Source: Euryarchaeota archaeon UBA462 (lineage in GTDB: Archaea; Thermoplasmatota; Poseidoniia; Poseidoniales; Thalassarchaeaceae). Taken from it: a stretch of 64,000 bases of DNA. A program made the translations under genes and the position numbers. The DNA is taken from assembly GCA_002506755.1 (NCBI GenBank), contig DAYD01000018.1, positions 37,118-101,117 on the forward strand, given 5' to 3'. The stretch's first letter is position 1. The number at the start of each line of letters is the position of its first letter. The notes beneath the pieces are model-generated. The model was not told where the DNA came from, did no database searches, and saw nothing but the letters and a program-made list of their open reading frames with translations. Positions 56,943 through 64,000 of this stretch are shown here, one piece after another.

Positions 56943-57070
56943 GCGAGTGGGCTGATCAGCGGTCTCCGGGGCGTGAGTAGCCTTCATGAATGCTACTATC
57001 GAACTATGGTTTCAGATATTGCAGTATTTCTGAAGCCAGCCGTTAAGTCATAGAGCCCCTATCGGAGCAT

Positions 57071-57559
57071 GTGGCGGAGGTGGTTAGTGACCGATCGATG
57101 GTGTTCTTCAATGCAACTAGACTGGCATTGAGGGACGGCCAGCTAACAAATGGGGAGAAGCGAATATTGGTGAAGCTAGCCCATGCTTTGAGGCTAGATC
57201 AAGATGAGCCAAAAAGGGTGTATGAATCGGTTTTATCTGGTGACTTTAAGTCCATTAAAGGAGGAGTTCTTGACGTTTCCGAAATGAGATTAGTGTATGG
57301 CCAAGTCCTAGAAGCAATGCTAATTCATACCGATAGATCGGAAGATGTGCTTGCCCAAATAGCATACCTAAGAATGATGTTCGGCATAGATGACTCCGAG
57401 CACAGGGCTATTGCACGAAGCTTGGATAGACAGCTTGAGGAGATAGTGCATAGATCGATTATTGATGAATATCGAATGCGTCTAAATGAATCGGTGGACA
57501 GTCTACGTGATGTTTTCGATAGTATCAAAAAACTCACCAAGAAAGAGCAGAAAAGATGA
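57071..57559 (+). CDS. TerB-like domain protein
   Basis: The pattern DGQLTNGEKRILVKLAHALRLD is typical of TerB/co-chaperone-like helical bundles. The start is GTG, with ATG 57098 as an alternative. Confidence 0.45.
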   Translation: MAEVVSDRSMVFFNATRLALRDGQLTNGEKRILVKLAHALRLDQDEPKRVYESVLSGDFKSIKGGVLDVSEMRLVYGQVLEAMLIHTDRSEDVLAQIAYLRMMFGIDDSEHRAIARSLDRQLEEIVHRSIIDEYRMRLNESVDSLRDVFDSIKKLTKKEQKR

Positions 57560-58206
57560 CTGGTGCAAGACAACTCGATGACTTTCTTGATAGTCAAAAA
57601 AAGGCATCATATAAGTCTCACAAAAAGTTGGCAAGAATAGCTAGAGAAGCATATCCAATCGGGGTTCCAGCCTTGATTATGAAGTCCAGCACTGACCGCC
57701 TAGGTGCTTCAGCGGGGTATTCTTTTCATTTAGGTACACCTGATGATCTCTTGAGAAGAATTGCATCTTGGATTTTAACTAAATCAGAAAATGACCATAA
57801 AGTTGTAAATAAATTGGTTTCGACCCTTTGGAAAAGGCACGGAAGAGAGGATGTCGCCTTGGCTGCTCTATTGCTAGCCAACGTCGATCATCATGCTTTA
57901 GGGACTGACCCGTGGAAAATCCTTGCATCCTGTATTAATTCCATAGAGCCTGCAGAAGCTCTTCTACTTAGCATTGAAGAGCTATCGAGAGCGGGTCATC
58001 CTACTCCCGATAATAATATGTTGAGGCAATGGTATTATGGCAGGCTGGTCGAGTCTCATCTTGCTCTACTTTGTGTTCATGTTGCAATCAGCAAGGGAGA
58101 GGAAATTGATGAGGGGGTATTTCGGTTGCTTTCTACCATAAATGTCCCTCTTGGTGACTCTTTGCTTGGTAGGATTCGAGACAAAATGTCCTCGGCAATA
58201 GAATAG
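57556..58206 (+). CDS. HEAT-like repeat protein, possibly DNA alkylation repair (AlkD-like) family
   Basis: LVSTLWKRHGREDVALAALLLA resembles the AlkD-family LW...E.R motif. There is a 4-nt start/stop overlap with the upstream gene. Confidence 0.4.
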   Translation: MTGARQLDDFLDSQKKASYKSHKKLARIAREAYPIGVPALIMKSSTDRLGASAGYSFHLGTPDDLLRRIASWILTKSENDHKVVNKLVSTLWKRHGREDVALAALLLANVDHHALGTDPWKILASCINSIEPAEALLLSIEELSRAGHPTPDNNMLRQWYYGRLVESHLALLCVHVAISKGEEIDEGVFRLLSTINVPLGDSLLGRIRDKMSSAIE

Positions 58207-58237
58207 TACTAATTTGTAATCTTTCTCCTATGTCTAC

Positions 58238-58447
58238 ATGTCAGACCGCCTACTCCCTTCAGATGATCCTGTAGCTGAAGAGGTCCTTGAGTGGACAATA
58301 AAGAGGAATTCGCAGGATATATCCCAGCTCATGGACTGGTTGGAAGCAACGGATTCTAGGAAGGACAGAGAGTTGCTAATAGGAAGGGCGATGGATCTAA
58401 TGGAAGAGATTCGGCATGCCCTACGGCGGTTGGATGATTTGAGGTGA
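58238..58447 (+). CDS. small hypothetical protein (69 aa)
   Basis: The ORF fills the gap upstream of mobA and has a helical, charged composition. There is no family support. Confidence 0.3.
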   Translation: MSDRLLPSDDPVAEEVLEWTIKRNSQDISQLMDWLEATDSRKDRELLIGRAMDLMEEIRHALRRLDDLR

Positions 58448-58451
58448 AGGC

Positions 58452-59012
58452 TTGCGTTCCCTAGTGCTTGCTGGAGGTAAATCATCCAGGATTGGTGTGG
58501 ATAAATCATTGATCAGAATAAACGGGGAGTCTATGATCTGTAGAGTTGTCAATTCCCTCTCAAGGGCTGGTTTAGAGCCTATTAGAGTGTCTGTAGCCAG
58601 AGTGAGCGATATAGAGGAATATGGTTCTACTTTAGATGAAAATATAGACCTTGAATGGGTTCTGGATTCCAAAACCCACGCCGGACCTATAGAGGCCATA
58701 GAAGAGGGGCTACTAGACCATGTAATGGGGGGAGAAACAATTCAGTTGGCTGCAGTTGACTACCCATGGATTTCCAGTGATCTCTTTGTATCCCTTCAGG
58801 ATAGGATTGGAGAAGATGACACTTTGATTATGCCCCATGATGGAGAAAGGCTACACCCACTTCTAGCTCTGATTCGGCCGAAGCCAGTACTCGAGCAAAT
58901 TAGAGGAGATAGGCGCCCCCTTCACATACAGTTCTCAGAAATGAGTCATTCACTTCTTCTGGAGGACCCAAAGACTCTCACAAATGTGAACTCGTTGGAA
59001 GATCTAAAGTGA
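58452..59012 (+). CDS. mobA: molybdenum cofactor guanylyltransferase (MobA-like nucleotidyltransferase)
   Basis: VLAGGKSSRIGVDKSLI N-terminal motif in a 186-aa protein. Confidence 0.75.
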   Translation: MRSLVLAGGKSSRIGVDKSLIRINGESMICRVVNSLSRAGLEPIRVSVARVSDIEEYGSTLDENIDLEWVLDSKTHAGPIEAIEEGLLDHVMGGETIQLAAVDYPWISSDLFVSLQDRIGEDDTLIMPHDGERLHPLLALIRPKPVLEQIRGDRRPLHIQFSEMSHSLLLEDPKTLTNVNSLEDLK

Positions 59013-59657
59013 AAATTCCCCAGAGCAGAGAAGGTCTATTGTCTCGGGATATAGCAAGTGTTCAACTTTCTTGACTCTTTCTTGGAGTGATTTCTCATCA
59101 TCTTCCGGCAGGACTGGGACTGTCTTCTGTGCTAGAATGGGACCAGAGTCTACACCTTCGTCAACCAAATGTACAGTGCATCCAGTAGTGCTTACTCCGG
59201 CCGAAATAACTTCTCTATGAGCATGTGCACCCGGAAAATCTGGTAACAATGAAGGGTGAATGTTGACCAATCTTCCCTTCCATTTTTTAACTATCCATGG
59301 GGAGAGGATTCTCATATACCCACTAAGAACCACTAGTTCAATCTTTGATGACTCGAGTTCTGTCTGAATCAGCTTCTCGTGAGCTAACCGGTTTTCTGAT
59401 TTTGATGCGTTGTCTGGAATTGGAATACCTATAGAACGGATGCTGCGATTTTTCCCATGGGACAAACCTCTTGCCCCGATTCTATCCGCAAGAACCAACA
59501 CAGTATGATGACATCTTTGTTCCTTAGACTGGAATCTTAGCAAAGCTTCCAAACCTGAACCACCGCCGGAAATCATCACTGCTATTCTCAGAGGATCTTG
59601 CAATGAAGCGGGCCGTGGAAGAATGAAGGGGCTGCCCATAAGGTGCTGAAATAGCAT
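59004..59657 (-). CDS. purN: phosphoribosylglycinamide formyltransferase
   Basis: ISGGGSGLEAL, GYMRILS and VNIHPSLLPDFPG motifs. Confidence 0.9.
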   Translation of the reverse strand: MLFQHLMGSPFILPRPASLQDPLRIAVMISGGGSGLEALLRFQSKEQRCHHTVLVLADRIGARGLSHGKNRSIRSIGIPIPDNASKSENRLAHEKLIQTELESSKIELVVLSGYMRILSPWIVKKWKGRLVNIHPSLLPDFPGAHAHREVISAGVSTTGCTVHLVDEGVDSGPILAQKTVPVLPEDDEKSLQERVKKVEHLLYPETIDLLCSGEFSL

Positions 59658-59710
59658 CGACGCTTGAGCCTTCGTGATGCTCCTCCTTATACGAAGAATA
59701 TCGTCAGGCT

Positions 59711-60208
59711 ATGATTATGGTGAGACTACAGAGCGTCGATGAAATAGTTTCAGCGTATTCAGTAGCCAGTAGCCCGCTTAAGAGTCGAGTATTCATTGGA
59801 TTGGGATGTCTATTCGTATTATTTGCTATTGTTGGCTTGGTAGTTCCCGGATGGCCAACGGTATCTTGGGCAGTCCCAGCAGCGTATTTCTTCTCTATCT
59901 CCAATGAGAAATTGTTCAGATGGACCCTCACGAACCAGTATTTCGGATCTTCCATCTTTGAGTACTATGCCACTGGAAAAACAATTCCGAAGCATGCTAA
60001 ATATGGCGTTATGTTATTTATAGCTCTGATGTCCATAATTTCTTCCTATTTCGTCTGGTTTGTATCTACCAAGGGTGACGGTGCCCTACTCGATCCAGAC
60101 TCATGGGATGGAGCCGACCCTGGATTTGGTGCTGCCACGATTCTTGCTGTTGGAATAATTGGAATTTGGTATGTCGGAGCAAGGGTTGGCAGCAGGGACT
60201 CCATGTGA
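59711..60208 (+). CDS. DUF454 (YbaN-like) inner-membrane protein
   Basis: GLVVPGWPTVSWAVPAAYFFSISNEKLFRW pattern. Confidence 0.6.
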   Translation: MIMVRLQSVDEIVSAYSVASSPLKSRVFIGLGCLFVLFAIVGLVVPGWPTVSWAVPAAYFFSISNEKLFRWTLTNQYFGSSIFEYYATGKTIPKHAKYGVMLFIALMSIISSYFVWFVSTKGDGALLDPDSWDGADPGFGAATILAVGIIGIWYVGARVGSRDSM

Positions 60209-60249
60209 AACCCTTTTCCAGCGGTTCATTCTGGAGTAGTCCGATAGCA

Positions 60250-61392
60250 ATGGAGTTCGATACGAAATCAGTCAGAGGGAAAAGTCAACCAGACCCAACA
60301 ACAGGGGCAATCATACCCCCGATTTATCAGACTGCAACCTATGTTCTCGATGAGGTTGGCGTGGACAAGGGGTTTGACTACACCAGATCTTCGAATCCCA
60401 CACGCCAGGAGTTAGAAGAGCACTTGGCGGCAATTGAAGGGGGGCAGCATGCGATTGCTTTTTCCAGTGGGATGGCTAGTGCGGATAGCTGCATGAAGCT
60501 TCTAAGCCAAGGAGATCATGTAGTTTGTTGCGACGACGTTTACGGGGGTACTGCAAGGTTGTTCAATAATCTCATGACAAATTATGGTGTAGAGTTCACT
60601 TACGTAGACTCCCAAGCTGCTGAAAATGTAGAGATTGCTATTCGACCTGAGACAAAAATGGTCTGGATTGAGACACCGACAAATCCCCTGTTGAAAATAA
60701 CCGATTTGGAAAAGGTGGGAAAGATTGCTAGAGACAATGATTTGATATTTGTCGTTGACTCCACGTTTGCAACACCCGTATTTCTTACACCTCTGGAGTA
60801 CGGAGCTGACTTGGTTCTGCATAGTACTACAAAGTACTTGAGCGGGCATAATCAGATAATTGGAGGGGTAATCGTGACTAATCGTACCGATTTATTTGAT
60901 AGGCTGAAGTATATTCAAAAGAGTGTTGGAGCTGTACCAAGTCCCTTTGATAGCTGGCTTACAATCATAGGCCTGAAGACTCTTCATCTCAGAATGAAGC
61001 GACACTGGGAGAATGCTGAGAAAGTGGCGAGTTATCTTGAAGGTCATGAGAAGGTTTCGAAGGTTGTCTATCCGGGCTTAGAGTCTCACCCAATGCACGA
61101 AGTAGCCAAGGCACAAATGAAAGGATATAGCGGGATGATATCATTTGAGCTTAAGGGGGGTCTTGAAGCAGGAAAGAGGTTGATGAACTCCGTTGAGTTA
61201 TGCCTTCTAGCTGAGAGTCTTGGATCGGTCGAGACAATGATCACTCATCCCGCAACAATGACTCATGCAGAGGTCCCCAGAGAAGAGAGGCTTGCTAGGG
61301 GTTTCGAGGATGGTTTGGTGAGGCTTTCTGTTGGAATAGAGGATCCGGAAGATCTTATCTCCGATCTCGAGAAGGCGTTCAATAATGTCTGA
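60250..61392 (+). CDS. Cys/Met-metabolism PLP enzyme (cystathionine gamma-synthase/gamma-lyase/beta-lyase family)
   Basis: STTKYLSGHN PLP-lysine motif and the N-terminus GAIIPPIYQTATY. I chose the start at ATG 60250 to remove the overlap with the upstream gene. Confidence 0.88.
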   Translation: MEFDTKSVRGKSQPDPTTGAIIPPIYQTATYVLDEVGVDKGFDYTRSSNPTRQELEEHLAAIEGGQHAIAFSSGMASADSCMKLLSQGDHVVCCDDVYGGTARLFNNLMTNYGVEFTYVDSQAAENVEIAIRPETKMVWIETPTNPLLKITDLEKVGKIARDNDLIFVVDSTFATPVFLTPLEYGADLVLHSTTKYLSGHNQIIGGVIVTNRTDLFDRLKYIQKSVGAVPSPFDSWLTIIGLKTLHLRMKRHWENAEKVASYLEGHEKVSKVVYPGLESHPMHEVAKAQMKGYSGMISFELKGGLEAGKRLMNSVELCLLAESLGSVETMITHPATMTHAEVPREERLARGFEDGLVRLSVGIEDPEDLISDLEKAFNNV

Positions 61393-62430
61393 CTATTCCC
61401 AGTCATCTGGTTCCCAGCCATTCTCCCTCAACCAATCATCGTTATAGAACTTAGAAAGATAGGGGTTCCCTGAATCTGGGAGAATTGCAACAACCATTGC
61501 TTCTTCACCCCTCTTATCCGCTTCTCTAGCGATATCTATTGCCACCTTGATTGAGCCACCACATGACCCGCCGCAAAACATACCCTCCTTCCTAGCGAGC
61601 GCTCTGGCCCACTGGAAGCATTCGCCATCATCCACTTGATGAATCTCATCAATCATTGAGAAATCTGTTGCCGATGGGATGAAGTCCTCCCCAAAACCTT
61701 CTACTTTGTACGTACTTGGCTCACCCAAGGTACCCTCTTCGAACCACTGCTTCAAGATGGAACCAACCGCATCTACTCCGATAATCTTTGGTACAGAAGA
61801 GTCGTTTTGACTGGCAATTTCCCTGAGAGCCTTGGAAGTTCCAGATATGGTCCCCCCAGTCCCCATAGTGGCAACAAAATGAGTGATTTTTCCTTCCGTC
61901 TGATCCCAGATCTCGGGTCCAGTTGAATAATAGTGAGTCAGAGGATTGGCGTGATGAGAGTATTGATCGGGATACCATGCCCCGGGAATCTCTCTAGACA
62001 ACCTAGCTGCAACCTCGTAGTATGATCGAGGGTCCTCCTTCTCTACGTTTGTTGGACATACATGGACCTCAGCACCCATGGCCTTTAGGAGATCGATCTT
62101 CTCCTTACTCATCTTATCGGCCATCGTAAAGACGCACTTGTAGCCTCGCTGAGCAGCGACCATTGCAAGTCCTATACCAGTATTTCCAGATGTGCCTTCA
62201 ACGATTGTTCCTCCCGGTTTAAGGAGGCCCTTCTCCTCAGCATCCAATACCATCTGCAATCCGATCCTATCCTTTATCGAACCTCCTGGATTGCATCTCT
62301 CGAGTTTAACCCAGACTGAGGATTCTTGCAAATCCTCAGTAATTCTGTTTAGTCTGATAAGTGGGGTCTTTCCAATTGCTGATATCAGATCCTCGTGTGT
62401 GTTTGGAGGAGTACTATGTCGCTCGTTCAC
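61393..62430 (-). CDS. cysteine synthase / cystathionine beta-synthase catalytic-domain protein
   Basis: NPGGSIKDRIG (PLP lysine), GTSGNTGIGLA and GTGGTISG motifs. No CBS-pair domains are present. Confidence 0.88.
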   Translation of the reverse strand: MNERHSTPPNTHEDLISAIGKTPLIRLNRITEDLQESSVWVKLERCNPGGSIKDRIGLQMVLDAEEKGLLKPGGTIVEGTSGNTGIGLAMVAAQRGYKCVFTMADKMSKEKIDLLKAMGAEVHVCPTNVEKEDPRSYYEVAARLSREIPGAWYPDQYSHHANPLTHYYSTGPEIWDQTEGKITHFVATMGTGGTISGTSKALREIASQNDSSVPKIIGVDAVGSILKQWFEEGTLGEPSTYKVEGFGEDFIPSATDFSMIDEIHQVDDGECFQWARALARKEGMFCGGSCGGSIKVAIDIAREADKRGEEAMVVAILPDSGNPYLSKFYNDDWLRENGWEPDDWE

Positions 62431-62500
62431 AGGTCTCCATCAAAGCCAGATGTATGATGGTTTTTACTCATAGGTCCATGAATAGCCAAGTAGCCATAAT

Positions 62501-64000
62501 CTAGTGTCTAAAAAGTCTGATACCAGTAAATATCATTTCGATTCCATACTCGTTGGCGGCGTCAATCACCTCTTTGTCCCGAATTGAGCCGCCGGGTTGA
62601 ACAATGCTTCTTATTCCGATTTGTTTTGATTTTTCGACACCGTCTTTGAATGGAAAGAAAGCGTCAGAGATTAGCATTGCGCCTTGCGCTCTTTCTCCGG
62701 CCCTTCTAGCAGCTATCCTAACAGCTTCGATTCGGCTTGTTTGACCCGGGCCGACTCCTACTGTCGCCATTCCATTGTCAGTAGCTCTTACGATTACAAT
62801 GGCGTTTGACTGGACCTCAGATATGACAATCGACCCGAATTTAGCGAGGCTAATCCCGCCTTCACTCAACTTTAGATTTGTAACGCATTCCAAGGAATCC
62901 CATTCTATAGGAGGTAGACCTTGGGATTGGGCAAGCCAACCACCCTCTACTTGCCGTATAGCCGGTTCTGTTCTGTATTCTCCCATTGGCGAGAGAGAAA
63001 GGATTCTTCGATTCGTTTTCCTTGATAGTATATCGAGTGCTTCTGGTTCATAACCGGGTGCAATAATGCATTCGAAAAAGTGATTTCCTATTTTTTCAGC
63101 AGTTTTGATTTGCACGACACTATTTAGAGCGATCACACAACCAAAGGCGCTCTCTGGATCGCATTCTAGGGCGCTCTCCCATGCTGATTGCTGACTAATG
63201 TCCACCGATGCCCCGCACGGATTGGTATGTTTGATGATCACGCACGAGTGGGGGTGGTGGTCTGTAGAATCGGATAGTGCCCTAGATAGCCTCAAAGCAG
63301 CATCTAGATCGAGATAGTTGTTGTAGGACAGGGGCTTTCCACAATGTTGAATGGCGGCTGACAGCCCATGAGAGGTGCCAAAATCTGAGTAAAAGGCCGC
63401 ATTCTGATGTGGATTTTCACCGTATCGCAAGGGTTTACTGGCGTAAGAGGAAAAATTGAGACTGCCAGGAACCGCATAGTCGTAAAATCTGGCTTCTAGC
63501 TCATTGGACACAGAGTTATCATAGGCTGCAGTAGTTCGAAATGCATCTAGAGCTAGTGACCTCCTCATTTCCAAATCGACCCCTTCAGGTAGGCCATCAG
63601 AGTTTGAGAGTGCCTCCAGTATTGAGTCATACTGTGTTGGACTGGTTGCGACTATTACATCGATGTGATTCTTTGCCGCAGAACGTACCATCGTCGGGCC
63701 TCCAATATCAATCATCTCGATAATTTCCTCGTCAGAGACCGGTGGCTCCTGAGATGCTGTTTCCTGAAAAGGGTACAAGTTCACACAAACTAAGTCAATT
63801 GTCTTGTAGCCCAATTCTGAGATCTTCAAGACATCCTCTTTGGAACCCCTTCTTGCGAGAATACCCCCATGAACAGCAGGATGAAGGGTCTTTACTCTGC
63901 CATCAAAGATTTCCGGGTGTTCTGTCACCTCCGATACGTCGATGACTTCTATTCCTGATTCCCTTAATTTTGAGGCTGTTCCTCCTGTGGAGATTATTTC
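62501..64000 (-). CDS. purH: bifunctional AICAR transformylase / IMP cyclohydrolase; N-terminus beyond the window
   Basis: GRVKTLHPAVHGGILAR motif. The frame stays open through 64000 (…EIISTGGTASKLRESGIEVIDVSEVTEHP…), so the ORF-track Met at 63928 is an internal GTG. Confidence 0.93.
   Translation of the reverse strand, partial: EIISTGGTASKLRESGIEVIDVSEVTEHPEIFDGRVKTLHPAVHGGILARRGSKEDVLKISELGYKTIDLVCVNLYPFQETASQEPPVSDEEIIEMIDIGGPTMVRSAAKNHIDVIVATSPTQYDSILEALSNSDGLPEGVDLEMRRSLALDAFRTTAAYDNSVSNELEARFYDYAVPGSLNFSSYASKPLRYGENPHQNAAFYSDFGTSHGLSAAIQHCGKPLSYNNYLDLDAALRLSRALSDSTDHHPHSCVIIKHTNPCGASVDISQQSAWESALECDPESAFGCVIALNSVVQIKTAEKIGNHFFECIIAPGYEPEALDILSRKTNRRILSLSPMGEYRTEPAIRQVEGGWLAQSQGLPPIEWDSLECVTNLKLSEGGISLAKFGSIVISEVQSNAIVIVRATDNGMATVGVGPGQTSRIEAVRIAARRAGERAQGAMLISDAFFPFKDGVEKSKQIGIRSIVQPGGSIRDKEVIDAANEYGIEMIFTGIRLFRH

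Overview
Gene-dense chromosomal segment (roughly 90% coding, both strands) from an archaeon. The gene content includes the PolD large subunit DP2, archaeal DnaG, primase PriL, deoxyhypusine synthase, a Pcc1-like KEOPS subunit, MptE, 4-phosphopantoate--beta-alanine ligase and a euryarchaeal-order archaellum operon. It also carries bacterial-looking extras: BolA, a CGFS glutaredoxin and an M32 carboxypeptidase. This fits an uncultured marine Thermoplasmatota (Marine Group II/III-like) euryarchaeon, but that assignment is inference from gene content only. I saw no rRNA, CRISPR array, transposase, integrase or prophage genes. One tRNA (Cys-GCA, minus strand) is present and has an atypical D-loop/T-loop elbow. 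Most of the window is housekeeping: purine, pyrimidine, NAD, CoA, folate-like, polyamine/hypusine and sulfur amino-acid metabolism, plus replication genes. The accessory-looking block is 16.8-33.2 kb. It holds prearchaellin peptidase, arlJ-I-H-G-F, an unassignable 272-aa gene, two archaellins, a 347-aa protein, and a 1731-aa multi-beta-sandwich surface protein translationally coupled to the 347-aa gene. The most unusual object is a 709-nt ORF-free gap (8934-9642) between two convergent genes. It is packed with canonical cUUCGg and GNRA hairpins on the + strand, which suggests a large structured RNA that I cannot assign to RNase P, SRP or group II intron classes by eye. Other items worth a second look are an RHH-fumarase fusion, a DNA-methyltransferase-like protein with RPPW in place of (N/D/S)PPW, a GC-hairpin cluster upstream of dnaG, and insertions in both PolD zinc knuckles. 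All functional calls rest on motifs read from the supplied translations. No database searches were run.
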